Of a stretch of 64,000 bases of DNA, positions 38,405 through 48,242 are shown in pieces; position 1 is the first letter of the stretch; the number at the start of each line of letters is the position of its first letter. The notes beneath the pieces are model-generated. The model worked only from the letters and a program-made list of their open reading frames with translations. It had not been told where the DNA came from and did not search any database. The position numbers and the translations under genes are program-made. The DNA is from an uncultured virus (IMG/VR IMGVR_UViG_3300017963_004045) (taxonomy: Duplodnaviria; Heunggongvirae; Uroviricota; Caudoviricetes): the IMG/VR virus record IMGVR_UViG_3300017963_004045; one strand, 5' to 3'.

Positions 38405-40285
38405 CTATGGGAATATCTCCTCTGGACTTCCCAGATTACTCACTGGGAATATGTCAATCCTATTATCCCTCAGAGTGAAGGTAATAGTGTCCAAAACACT
38501 GTGGTCTGCATTGTTGGTTGTGAACCAACCCTTGACTTCGTGCCTATATATGCTCCTAAATTGGGCAGAGAAAGTCCACAACTGGTCATAGTCCAGATTA
38601 TCTGTTTTGACCCTGAATGAGAATGTCTTGTATGGCAGAGAAGTGCCCCTATCAAGTATATTCTGAATAATTGGATGTGTTCTGTTACTTCTGCTACTTG
38701 GACTCGGCTGTAACTGGACACTCAGAACCTCTGAAGGAATACTATCTCCAAAGATGTCAACCCAAGTCTCAGATTGAGCAGTGTAATTGGTCAGCCACAT
38801 CCCCTCATAATGCAGATACTGTGTTGTGAAGAAGCCAGAGTCTCCAGCGAGTGTAATGGACTGCATACCAATGTATGCCTGTTGCATGTATGAGAACATC
38901 GTATTGTAGACGCTCATCATGAATCTCACACCGCCAACAGAAGATTTGCTCATAACAGGAGTTCCTCCGACATGTCCGAAAGTATTAACCTGCCTGTCTG
39001 CATTTTCGACAAGAGACGGGTCAGTTCCAGATTTCAAAGTTACCCCATAATGCGTCTTGACTATGGTATCACTTGTAGTGCCTTCCTCAATTACTGAATT
39101 CAGGAACTCCACGCCTTCTTCAATTATTTCATCAGTGAGATTAGCGGTCTGAACAGCGAGAGGCGGGAATATCAAGGGGTTCGCATTCATATACAATGGA
39201 GAGAAGTCTGCCACCAACTGCGGTGTCGGTGTCACCCCACCACTCACTGCGTAAGTAATCTGAATGTCATAATAATCGGGTATCAGATGATACACGAAGG
39301 TAGTCTCCTCCTCAACCGTGAACCATTTGTGAAGTGTTTTATATCCTGCCTTTTCAAGAGTAACATTATACCGTCCAACTGGCATGTTATTGAATTGGGC
39401 ATAACCATCTGCGTTGGTATAAGCGACAATGCTCCTTGTATTGGTTGAGGGATTAAACATATCGTGAACCGTAATACTGCACCTGACATTCTCAACAGGC
39501 ATTGAAGAGGGAACAGTAGTGCTCTCATCAAAGATAACAACATCATCAATGATTTCTTGATTGAACAACCAACTACCTAAGCCCCTATGAACAATTCTAT
39601 CAGTAGTTTCGTCTTTAGTCAGGAAGTCATCGAAGCACTTGAAGTATACATCGAAATATGGAACTACATCCTCGAAGTCATCCTGCGTGGTAGCCTCTGT
39701 AACACCATACTCGTCCTCGTAATCAATATACGAAGAACCGAATCTATCAGTGATGATTCCACGCCCCGCATTCATGGACATACCTCCTGCGTCTCTGGTG
39801 TATGAATATATTGAAACCATAACCAGAGATACCACGAATATCAGGGCTATAACACCGACAACCCTATGTGAAACGAACCTTGTAGCGATGTTCCTCTTCC
39901 TCTCTTCAGATGTCATAAGCCTATTGGTGACTATGAATAACACGAGCAAAGCCACTGGTATGGAAATCCAGAGTTCGACATAGTATTTTGATATTCCAGC
40001 AAACATCAAGAGAAATGCGAGGAATAAGAACGGAAGTAGGATAATAAGGAATACCCCAAGCCCAGTCTTTTGCCCCGTTGATAATTTCTTCCAACCGCCT
40101 CTGTTTCCTGCTCCAGCACTTGCCATGCCTATCATCAGAGGCATCGCAACCGTGAGTCCCAGAACGACCAATAGCCCAATAAGACCCAAGAATACGAAGG
40201 CAATCATCATGACTACCCCGTATGTTCCAAGTGTCCTAAACATCTCTTTCTTGAACTTTCTCAGTTTATATTCTAACCTATTCAT
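38405..40285 (-). CDS. Large membrane protein, paralog 2
   Basis: Start MNRLEY after GGGGTGA; YTNADGYAQFNNMPVGRYNVTLEKAGYKT. Confidence 0.8.
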   Translation of the reverse strand: MNRLEYKLRKFKKEMFRTLGTYGVVMMIAFVFLGLIGLLVVLGLTVAMPLMIGMASAGAGNRGGWKKLSTGQKTGLGVFLIILLPFLFLAFLLMFAGISKYYVELWISIPVALLVLFIVTNRLMTSEERKRNIATRFVSHRVVGVIALIFVVSLVMVSIYSYTRDAGGMSMNAGRGIITDRFGSSYIDYEDEYGVTEATTQDDFEDVVPYFDVYFKCFDDFLTKDETTDRIVHRGLGSWLFNQEIIDDVVIFDESTTVPSSMPVENVRCSITVHDMFNPSTNTRSIVAYTNADGYAQFNNMPVGRYNVTLEKAGYKTLHKWFTVEEETTFVYHLIPDYYDIQITYAVSGGVTPTPQLVADFSPLYMNANPLIFPPLAVQTANLTDEIIEEGVEFLNSVIEEGTTSDTIVKTHYGVTLKSGTDPSLVENADRQVNTFGHVGGTPVMSKSSVGGVRFMMSVYNTMFSYMQQAYIGMQSITLAGDSGFFTTQYLHYEGMWLTNYTAQSETWVDIFGDSIPSEVLSVQLQPSPSSRSNRTHPIIQNILDRGTSLPYKTFSFRVKTDNLDYDQLWTFSAQFRSIYRHEVKGWFTTNNADHSVLDTITFTLRDNRIDIFPVSNLGSPEEIFP

Positions 40286-40289
40286 TTCA

Positions 40290-42005
40290 TCACCCCAGTA
40301 TCGGTGTTTCCACTGTTGGCAACACATTCTGCCAGACCACTTCCACCTCATCCCAAGTCGTTATCGGAGTTTGCTCGTGCCCATATTCAACAGACCAAAG
40401 CAACTGGCTGTTCGACTCTAATGTGTAATGTGTTGTCACATTGAATTCTATTCTGATGTCATTGCCCGAAGGTGCTTCAGCCCACACAACATATTCATAT
40501 TCTCTGTGGTGTAGACAAGAAGTGTCAAAGACATCTGTAGTCCTGCTCTCATTGGAATCAACGATTAATGAATTTGCTGTGGGAAGTTGTCTCCAGAATG
40601 TAGGATACTCGAACCTCTGAGCATCGATGACAGACAAATCATCTACTCTAAGCGTGTGAGCACCATAGATGATTTCTTCCTCAGTCTCCTGAGAGGCATA
40701 TGCAGTTCCAGTTCCAATGAAAGCCACTGCAACAATTATAGGAATCCAAAACACATTGAGTTGATTCTTCAATTGATGGTTGACCTTTAGCATTGAATTG
40801 GTGAAAGAAGGCACAGCAAGACCTGTCCAACCATACCAAGAATTCTGCCTTCTCATATTGTCCCAATCGCTCTGAGATATTCCACCCAAGAATCTTCCCT
40901 CAAGGGAAACATGACCGTAGGCATACTCCTTACCGTAGAACACCCATGTAGATTCATGCTGAACCTCTTCATCGAACCAATAGGACACCCCAATCTTGTA
41001 GTAGATGGGCTTTAGATGGATAAATACAGTGCCACCCTCATAAGTTTCATTTATATGAATCTCCGTATTGAATTTCTGATAGCCATGAGCATCGATTGTC
41101 ATCTCATATATGCCGTATGGAACTTCAGCGAAACTTATGAGTCCTTGAGTATCAGTATAGCCACCAATGTTGATTATACTAACCCCATCCTGATTGTCAA
41201 GAGATGCAAGTGATATTCCCGCATTGTTGACATCAACGAAACCATCAGTATCCTGAAGTCTGATGGTGGTATTATCTGGGTCACTGTCAGACTCAAGATT
41301 GGTCATGAAACCTGCTTGATTGAAATAATCATCAACAACATGGAATATTAGAACACCCGTTACTTTTGGAGTAATAACAGTCTGGTTCTCCCAGTTGCCA
41401 GAGGTCTCATTGTAGAATGGAATTATCTGTGTGTCAGTATCACCTACCGTAGTATGCAGTGGAGAAGCATAATCTGAGAAGTTTGTCCTCGCATTATCCC
41501 ATCGGTGATATTCCTGATAGTTCAATCCAGCCATCATAATGATTACCATGACACCAATGATTCCGATGACACCCACTGCTGGATGCCCAAAGAACCGAGC
41601 AACAATGTGTGCATCTGGCTCTTTTCTTTTATTTCTGAATATGAAGAAGCCTACTGCCAGTGCTACAGGAAGAACAATTATAATGTCAAGGGCGAAGGCT
41701 GTGCCCATCACGAGCATCCAACCCAATCCAACAAGGAGGAAAGGAATCAATAGCACAAAACCAATGCCAATGCCGAGTTTCTGCATTCTGCTCCTGTCTC
41801 CCCACCAGTCTCCAATCTTCTGGGTAGCGGTTCTACCATCATTCTGAGCAAGACCGAACAGGAAGGGGATGACACACAGAGAGCCAAGAGAGGTTACGAA
41901 CCCCAAGAACCCGACCAGACAGAATACGAAGAAACACGCTCCGACCACTGCGATAATCTTCGTCTTGTCTTGCTTTTTCAACCTAAACATCTTTCTCAAT
42001 TTCAT
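40290..42005 (-). CDS. Large membrane protein, paralog 3
   Basis: YTDTQGLISFAEVPYGIYEMTIDAHGYQ; G.F.GGIS..D....R...WYGWT.L shared with paralog 1. Confidence 0.8.
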   Translation of the reverse strand: MKLRKMFRLKKQDKTKIIAVVGACFFVFCLVGFLGFVTSLGSLCVIPFLFGLAQNDGRTATQKIGDWWGDRSRMQKLGIGIGFVLLIPFLLVGLGWMLVMGTAFALDIIIVLPVALAVGFFIFRNKRKEPDAHIVARFFGHPAVGVIGIIGVMVIIMMAGLNYQEYHRWDNARTNFSDYASPLHTTVGDTDTQIIPFYNETSGNWENQTVITPKVTGVLIFHVVDDYFNQAGFMTNLESDSDPDNTTIRLQDTDGFVDVNNAGISLASLDNQDGVSIINIGGYTDTQGLISFAEVPYGIYEMTIDAHGYQKFNTEIHINETYEGGTVFIHLKPIYYKIGVSYWFDEEVQHESTWVFYGKEYAYGHVSLEGRFLGGISQSDWDNMRRQNSWYGWTGLAVPSFTNSMLKVNHQLKNQLNVFWIPIIVAVAFIGTGTAYASQETEEEIIYGAHTLRVDDLSVIDAQRFEYPTFWRQLPTANSLIVDSNESRTTDVFDTSCLHHREYEYVVWAEAPSGNDIRIEFNVTTHYTLESNSQLLWSVEYGHEQTPITTWDEVEVVWQNVLPTVETPILG

Positions 42006-42009
42006 CTTT

Positions 42010-42957
42010 TCAACTCCTCAGATAGTATACCACACTTGAATGAGCCAGTGTATAACCGCCTTCATCCGATACGGTAACAATAATCCTGAATGGATACCTG
42101 ATATATTCAAAGGCATCAGGAGGAAGGTGTAAAACGCCCCATATTATTTCAGTATCCGAATTACTGACATAGATTGGCTTTTGCACCTCAGAGTATATTA
42201 CTCTATTTTGAATATCATCTTGAACAGTAATATCAACATAAGCCTTATCTATAGTATTGATTTGAGTCCACATGAAATTACTTGTCTCTGCGATTCCAAT
42301 AACATATGGATTGAAAGAAATGGTCATAGTTTGTGTCAAACTCCATTTGTTCATAGCGGAGAAAACACTCCATTCTCCTTCAGCACCTCTGCTAATATGG
42401 ACTTCCAGTTCTACAGACTGTCCAACAGTGTAAGGGACAACATAAGCCTGATAAACGGGGAAAGCGATTAAGAAAGCCAAGATTATCGCAATGATTCCGT
42501 TTCTAAGGGTAGCATCCTCAGTAGATTTATACCATTTATATCCAAACCATGCGACTCCACCGAAAAGTATCAGAGGGAATATCTGGAAGAAAGCCTGAGT
42601 CAGCACATCAAGAGAACCAACATATACTATCAGAACAAAGAATATCAGGAATATCTCTATGAGGCTTCCAGCCCAAGACTTGAGTTTGAATCCCAGACTT
42701 CTGATATACAAGTAAATGCCAACAGCCAGAACACTCAAAACTATCAGCAAGATTCCCATTGGGGTGAACATGAAACCGACAATAGAACTTCCTATGAGCC
42801 AGAGTATAGCAATCGCTATTATCAGAACTACAAGGATAAGCAACAGTTTCTTACCAGTGCTCTGCTGACCCACATAGGTCACAAACACATCCTTTGTTCC
42901 TGTGAACACCTTTCTCTCAGTCTGAGCAATGTAATCATCTATTCCCAATGCAAACAC
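42010..42957 (-). CDS. Multi-TM protein with C-terminal external domain
   Basis: About 5 TMs, then a beta-rich domain. Confidence 0.75.
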   Translation of the reverse strand: MFALGIDDYIAQTERKVFTGTKDVFVTYVGQQSTGKKLLLILVVLIIAIAILWLIGSSIVGFMFTPMGILLIVLSVLAVGIYLYIRSLGFKLKSWAGSLIEIFLIFFVLIVYVGSLDVLTQAFFQIFPLILFGGVAWFGYKWYKSTEDATLRNGIIAIILAFLIAFPVYQAYVVPYTVGQSVELEVHISRGAEGEWSVFSAMNKWSLTQTMTISFNPYVIGIAETSNFMWTQINTIDKAYVDITVQDDIQNRVIYSEVQKPIYVSNSDTEIIWGVLHLPPDAFEYIRYPFRIIVTVSDEGGYTLAHSSVVYYLRS

Positions 42958-43253
42958 CTCTTGAGTTTTCCAATTAGATTATCCTTACTTTGAATTGCTG
43001 GAATAACAGCCGTTGACCAGAAAGTGATTGCGTCCCACATCCAGTATAGGATTACACCAATCACTATGATAATGATGAGGATGAGCCAGAATGAAGCATT
43101 ACTACTTCCTCCACCACTCTGGACTACGATAACAGTCGGTTGTTGGGACTGCTGTTGTGGTTGTGGTTGGGAGACCTGAACGGGCTGAACATCGTATTGT
43201 GGCTGTTGAGCAGTTCTCTGTCCACCCTCCAGTATATTGTCAAAGAAGCCCAT
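42939..43253 (-). CDS. Gln-rich single-TM protein
   Basis: Start MGFFDN; QQPQ-rich segment then a TM. Confidence 0.7.
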   Translation of the reverse strand: MGFFDNILEGGQRTAQQPQYDVQPVQVSQPQPQQQSQQPTVIVVQSGGGSSNASFWLILIIIIVIGVILYWMWDAITFWSTAVIPAIQSKDNLIGKLKRCLHWE

Positions 43254-43257
43254 CTCT

Positions 43258-44001
43258 TCACACCCCCACCGCAAGTATTCCGAGAGCAATCAATAACTTT
43301 GTGGTGTTGTAGACGGTATGGATAGCAATGGGCGTATATATCGAGCCTGTGAAGTCCATACTGACCTGACAAACTACCCCAAACACAAAATGGTATAGGA
43401 TGAGGAATATCCAGATGAACCCGCCCATATCGACCAGACCTATGGAAGTCCACATAAAGTAGTGGAGTAGCGAGAATATCAGAGGAATCAGGAAATATTT
43501 AGAGAGATACATCGTAAACTTGGAGTTTGCGAAGTTCTCAGCCAGAGAGTTGAAGAAGCCCCTTGTGAGAGTCTCCTCTGCATTGGCAGTTATGAACGAG
43601 TATATACCCAAGAATACTACAGCAGTGATGAGGTTCTGAGCACCAGAAAGGTCTTGCACAAATCCCTGCGTTGGCTCTGTAGATTGCTGTATGAATATAG
43701 TTCCACCTGCTGTGAATGTCTCTATAGTAGCCATCATCAGCCCCATCGTAATGCCATAGAACAAGACATTAACCATTGGGACATTCTTGGTCGTAAAATG
43801 CAGTTTTTCTCCGACTTCCTGACCGAACACGAAATAAGACCCAAGTATAGCACCTATGAACATAATTATGTAGAAGGTTGCATGTCCCAGTATAGACTGT
43901 CCAGTAAGTCCGAAGAACAAGTAGAGTAGCACTGTAACTACTACTACTATCCCGAACTGGACATTTTCTGGGAATACCTGTGGTCTGTCTGTTTCAGCCA
44001 T
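43258..44001 (-). CDS. CPBP (CAAX protease/Abi, Rce1-like) intramembrane glutamic endopeptidase
   Basis: AEETLTRG (EExxxR), FSLLH (FxxxH), IAIHTVYN (HxxxN), multiple TMs. Confidence 0.9.
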   Translation of the reverse strand: MAETDRPQVFPENVQFGIVVVVTVLLYLFFGLTGQSILGHATFYIIMFIGAILGSYFVFGQEVGEKLHFTTKNVPMVNVLFYGITMGLMMATIETFTAGGTIFIQQSTEPTQGFVQDLSGAQNLITAVVFLGIYSFITANAEETLTRGFFNSLAENFANSKFTMYLSKYFLIPLIFSLLHYFMWTSIGLVDMGGFIWIFLILYHFVFGVVCQVSMDFTGSIYTPIAIHTVYNTTKLLIALGILAVGV

Positions 44002-44075
44002 ATTTCCGTCCTCATCCTTTTCGCCCAGAAGAGAATTGAACCCCTCTGAGCCATAAAGAAATGGAAAGGGAAGGA

Positions 44076-44630
44076 CTAAGTGATTATAGTCACCAAGCCC
44101 TCATTAGCGTGAGTCAGTCCATTGGCTGAACATATGACCATGACACTCCCTGCTCTGGTATCGGAGTCACCAGAAATAACGAGTGTTAGAGTTTCCTCTT
44201 CATATGGTATCAAACCCTCTCCTTGATAACAGGCTGTGTGCCCATCAGGAGATATGCTCCAATCATAATCGCCTACGAGGTATAGCGTAGCATTGGTAAA
44301 CGAGTGCACCGTATCCAGATGGATATAGAAATTACTACACAAACCCTCTTCAGCGACAAACCGTATCTGGTAACTATTATTCCCAGAAACGGATAGGTTG
44401 ATTGGACTCTCAGGAATTCCCAAAATCGTGGTCATACTGGGGTCAACTTGACCCTGAGTAGCAGTGGTGTTGAGACCAGAATCATCCTGCCCCCATATGG
44501 ACTCCACAATGTTATACTCATTAGGTATAACACCTGCCCAAGATAAGGCGAAGTATCCGATAAGAATACCGAATACTACAATGATAACGAGACCCGTCCT
44601 CTGCTTATCATCCATGTCTTTCCAAGCCAT
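44076..44630 (-). CDS. Single-TM Ig-like surface protein, paralog of 44642-45166
   Basis: SWAGVIPNEYNI; NNSYQI; WSISPD..TA.Y.G. Confidence 0.8.
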   Translation of the reverse strand: MAWKDMDDKQRTGLVIIVVFGILIGYFALSWAGVIPNEYNIVESIWGQDDSGLNTTATQGQVDPSMTTILGIPESPINLSVSGNNSYQIRFVAEEGLCSNFYIHLDTVHSFTNATLYLVGDYDWSISPDGHTACYQGEGLIPYEEETLTLVISGDSDTRAGSVMVICSANGLTHANEGLVTIIT

Positions 44631-44641
44631 TGAAATTCCCC

Positions 44642-45166
44642 CTAAAGAACCACATCGATGGTCACTTCATCGGGGGTCAGTTCGCCAACAGTAGTCGTTA
44701 TCAGGATGTCGATTTCATCTTCAGCATCCCCACCATCAATGTGGAGAATTAAATCTGAAATCTCAACTCCATTGGAAAGTGCGTCACCGTCATACTCAGC
44801 AGTCAGATTGTCGGCACTGATGTCCCAACTTGTAGAAGTTGCCGTCCAGTATGCAGTGGTATTTTCCAAATCACCACCCAAAGTGATGGATAATTCCATC
44901 CCAGTCACATAACTTTCGTTACATGAGAAGGAGATGACATAGGAGTTATTCTCCTGTGCAGTCACATTGACTGTAGTGGGGAAGCCCTCGACAACGCCAT
45001 ATCCATCAGCGAGGATTATGGGTTCTTCCTCCTCGAAAATCCTGAATACATTGTATTCATCTGGGATATATCCACCCCAAGATGCCACAACATATATCAA
45101 GAAGAACGAGACGACTACCACAACGACTTTCTTGGCTGTGCTCAATTCTTCATCAGTCATTACCAT
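44642..45166 (-). CDS. Single-TM Ig-like surface protein
   Basis: SWGGYIPDEYNV; NNSYVI; WDISAD..TAEYDG. Confidence 0.8.
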   Translation of the reverse strand: MVMTDEELSTAKKVVVVVVSFFLIYVVASWGGYIPDEYNVFRIFEEEEPIILADGYGVVEGFPTTVNVTAQENNSYVISFSCNESYVTGMELSITLGGDLENTTAYWTATSTSWDISADNLTAEYDGDALSNGVEISDLILHIDGGDAEDEIDILITTTVGELTPDEVTIDVVL

Positions 45167-45229
45167 TCTGTTTCCTCCTTTTTATTTTCTACTCCCGTTA
45201 AATCATTATGTCCATTTTTATGACTCTGA

Positions 45230-45343
45230 TTACTCCTTTTCGTCCACGACTTCCACATCGAGGTTTTCCCCACAAATCTTAGCCGTGACCTGATTTCCGT
45301 TCTTTCCCTTAGCAGTTACTATCACGCATTTTTTCTCTGGCAT
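45230..45343 (-). CDS. 37-aa Cys-hairpin mini-protein
   Basis: AGGTGA SD; MPEKKCVIVTAKGKNGNQVTAKICGENLDVEVVDEKE*; not in the ORF track. Confidence 0.7.
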   Translation of the reverse strand: MPEKKCVIVTAKGKNGNQVTAKICGENLDVEVVDEKE

Positions 45344-45348
45344 TTCCA

Positions 45349-45762
45349 TCACCTATATGTAAATTGAATATCTCCACCAGACATGAATGTGCTTCTGATT
45401 CCGTAGAGATACCAACAAATGAGTCCTCCAATGATTATTCCGAGCCACGCAAATGAGACCAATGAAAACAGAAGCCCCAATGCAGTCAGAACAAAGTAAG
45501 TCCAATAAGCCCAAGAACGATGCTGATAAAGATGAACACCCAAGAATGTAAAGAAAAGACCTATGACAAGTAAAACACCGCCCATCAATGCCATAGCGAT
45601 ACCTATTGACAGCAAGGGAATTATGAGCAAAATGCTCTCCAGAGCCTCATTTTCCAATGCAGAGCCAACACTCAAATAAAAAATCCCTGCAAGGACACTA
45701 AGAACTCCACCAATTGTAGTCAGTGCACCAAGAATCTTTAGTCCCGTATGATTTCCATCCAT
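45349..45762 (-). CDS. Small 3-4 TM membrane protein
   Basis: Hydrophobic; L....SWAYW motif common in archaeal membrane proteins. Confidence 0.75.
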   Translation of the reverse strand: MDGNHTGLKILGALTTIGGVLSVLAGIFYLSVGSALENEALESILLIIPLLSIGIAMALMGGVLLVIGLFFTFLGVHLYQHRSWAYWTYFVLTALGLLFSLVSFAWLGIIIGGLICWYLYGIRSTFMSGGDIQFTYR

Positions 45763-45830
45763 CTTTAACACCCGTTATATTAGTAACGGGAAAGAGTAAA
45801 GGGAATCTAAATATATAACCATTTCTATAT

Positions 45831-45849
45831 TTATACGCACAATACTGGA
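45831..45849 (-). promoter_or_regulatory. Upstream motif TCCAGTATTGTGCGTATAA before a TATA box
   Basis: Followed by ATATAGAAATGGTTATATAT. Confidence 0.65.
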
Positions 45850-45901
45850 AGGTAATTTTTCAATTAATTAATTAGGATAGAATAAAAATAGTAAATATAT
45901 T

Positions 45902-46282
45902 CTAATTGTTATTATTCTCAGGTATCTTAACAGTGGCAGTGAATGTTACGACATCCAGAGGCTCATATATCTTGAATTTTCTACCTCGTTGCTTCCTTCC
46001 ATCAGCATCAGTCCTCGTTTTGTGTCCGACATGCTTGATAAGTCCACAATCTTCCCAGATTGTTGTAAGACTGTTGAATATCCTCTGAAGGTTCTGCTTT
46101 GTCTTTTCCGAGTCCTTTGGGTTCAACTGCCTTAGTATCTGCTCGAATCCCGTCCTTCTCAGGAATATCTCAAAGTCAAAACGACCTGCTCTGCCTCTCT
46201 CGAATACGATTGAAATCTCAACTACCTGCGGAAGATGTGATTGCTCAAATTCATCATTATCCATATGGGTCTCTCCTTTCAT
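45902..46282 (-). CDS. Hypothetical basic protein (possible winged helix)
   Basis: CGLIKHVG...GRKFKIY wing-like C-terminus. Confidence 0.65.
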   Translation of the reverse strand: MKGETHMDNDEFEQSHLPQVVEISIVFERGRAGRFDFEIFLRRTGFEQILRQLNPKDSEKTKQNLQRIFNSLTTIWEDCGLIKHVGHKTRTDADGRKQRGRKFKIYEPLDVVTFTATVKIPENNNN

Positions 46283-46700
46283 ATCTACCTACCATTTCTA
46301 CTCCCAACATTCTGTCGGAAAGCCTCGCCTTATTAAACATTTTCTGCAAGTCTTTCGTCATCTGTTCACGAGCCTCCATAGAAGCGTCTGTTCCGATGCA
46401 ACCTATCGACAAGTCCATTATTCTCATAGGTCTTTGAGTGGTGGTGATATATATTGTTGGCAGACCAGTCAGCCTATTGATTCCCTGTTGTCTATAGTAT
46501 TCCCTCATCTCAGGGTTCTCGATAGTTGATATTGGTTTAGATAGATTCTTATGCATAAATCGTTGAATCTGCGAATCAGTCGCATCATGGAATATTAACT
46601 CAACATCAGGAAATCTTGTATGGACAAGCCTCAGCAGTCTCTTGCACATTTTACAAGCATCGCACTTATCACTCACCACGACATTAACAGCACCGACCAT
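46257..46700 (-). CDS. Thioredoxin-fold protein
   Basis: VVVSDKCDAC (CxxC) and TGLPTIYI cis-Pro motif. Confidence 0.65.
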   Translation of the reverse strand: MVGAVNVVVSDKCDACKMCKRLLRLVHTRFPDVELIFHDATDSQIQRFMHKNLSKPISTIENPEMREYYRQQGINRLTGLPTIYITTTQRPMRIMDLSIGCIGTDASMEAREQMTKDLQKMFNKARLSDRMLGVEMVGRYERRDPYG

Positions 46701-47174
46701 CTACATACCTGCCATTGACATCACATCTTGAGCGATTGCTTGTGGGCGTTCCCTATCCCCATACCCCGCACCGAAAAGCATAGCGATATAGTCCTCAGTC
46801 CCATCTGCAAACACAACTCTCTTGCCCTGCTCTGCCTCATACATCCTGATTAACAACTGGTCATGGAAAGGGTTAAACTTCCTCTGTATTCCATCAGTTT
46901 GATAATAGGTCATGAAGAATGAGTCTGGAACACTTTCAATATACCCATCGTTATACATGTTGGCTATCCCATAGACTAACCGCATTGCGTGGTGTCCTTT
47001 GACATCGGGGAAGGAGTCATAATTTGGCATCCAAGTGACCAACCATCCCTCGTATTTGGCGACCACCCTCCTCTTCTTCTTGACAGGTGGTTTTTCGGGC
47101 TTCTTTCTCTTCCATAGATAATAAAGTATGATTCCAAGAACTATCGCACCCAATACAGCCCATTCACCACCCAT
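46701..47174 (-). CDS. N-terminally anchored hypothetical protein
   Basis: TM followed by a basic stop-transfer segment. Confidence 0.7.
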   Translation of the reverse strand: MGGEWAVLGAIVLGIILYYLWKRKKPEKPPVKKKRRVVAKYEGWLVTWMPNYDSFPDVKGHHAMRLVYGIANMYNDGYIESVPDSFFMTYYQTDGIQRKFNPFHDQLLIRMYEAEQGKRVVFADGTEDYIAMLFGAGYGDRERPQAIAQDVMSMAGM

Positions 47175-47479
47175 TACTGTTCCTCCTTCTCTTTTTCAGC
47201 CAATCTCTCTGCCCTCGCAATTCCGTTCAACACCTGTTGAGCCGTAGGGTTCTTTAACCCAAGATATGTATCACCGATTTTATCGACAACATCCATCATT
47301 GAGCGAATAGTATCATCCACACCTGCCTCAGCAGAATCCTTGAATTTCTTAAGTCTCTGCCTCGTTGAGCGTTGTATCGTAATGGTTGTGAAGAAGTCCT
47401 TGTAATCGACATCACCATGCTTCTTTGGTCTGCCCCTCTTCTTCATCGCCTGTTTTCCCTTCTTCTTAGGTGTAGCCAT
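47174..47479 (-). CDS. Small DNA-binding protein (AT-hook-like KRGRPKK plus ribbon-helix-helix)
   Basis: KKRGRPKK; TTITIQRSTRQRLKKFK...DDTIRSMMD. Confidence 0.7.
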   Translation of the reverse strand: MATPKKKGKQAMKKRGRPKKHGDVDYKDFFTTITIQRSTRQRLKKFKDSAEAGVDDTIRSMMDVVDKIGDTYLGLKNPTAQQVLNGIARAERLAEKEKEEQ

Positions 47480-47492
47480 ATCTATTCTCCAA

Positions 47493-48242
47493 TCATCTCA
47501 CATGAAGCCTTCTGAACGGTTCAGGGATGTAGTATGTATCAAGAACACCCCTCTGGACAACCCTGATTAGGTGTCCTGCACCCTCCATCATCTGCTCGAT
47601 ACCCTTTCGTATCGTCCTCTTATCTTTCTTACTGGCGTTTGCAATCTCATCGATAGACATTGGTATGCCATGACTGTGAACAACCATGATGTCGAATACA
47701 AGCCTACCAGTCTTGAACTTAGTTCCAAGACTCTTCATTCCACTCATGTAGAGTTTCTCATAGTCTGTCGTCAGTCCCTCGAATGTTTTCAGCGAATTCT
47801 CCAACTGATGAGTTTTGATACCGCCTTTTATGAGTTCATATAGCAGGTAATACTCAGCCTGAAGGTTGTATATTTCCATGACCTTTCCTCTCAGAGAAAT
47901 CCCTTTAATTTGGTCTTTTATCGCTTCTACTCTATCACCAAAGAAAGTCTGGGCAATATTTGGGTATTTTTCAGTAACCTGAATTCCAATCTCATAGATG
48001 AGCCTAAGAAGTATCTGGCGATATTGCTGATACTCATGTATGCTCACCTCGACTACATAATCATCGCCTTCTGCCAACTTGATAAGCAGAATGTCCTCAA
48101 GGAATTCATCGAACTGAATAACGAACATTTCCGTCATAGCCAATATGTAAGCATCATCCATATCGATGTGTTCGCTTGTGTCCTGTATCCTGTCCTTCAT
48201 ATCCCGAATTTGGCTATATATACCCTCGAAGTCACCCATCAT
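47493..48242 (-). CDS. Protein with C-terminal winged-helix domain
   Basis: PMSIDEIANASKKDKRTIRKGIEQM. Confidence 0.7.
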   Translation of the reverse strand: MMGDFEGIYSQIRDMKDRIQDTSEHIDMDDAYILAMTEMFVIQFDEFLEDILLIKLAEGDDYVVEVSIHEYQQYRQILLRLIYEIGIQVTEKYPNIAQTFFGDRVEAIKDQIKGISLRGKVMEIYNLQAEYYLLYELIKGGIKTHQLENSLKTFEGLTTDYEKLYMSGMKSLGTKFKTGRLVFDIMVVHSHGIPMSIDEIANASKKDKRTIRKGIEQMMEGAGHLIRVVQRGVLDTYYIPEPFRRLHVR

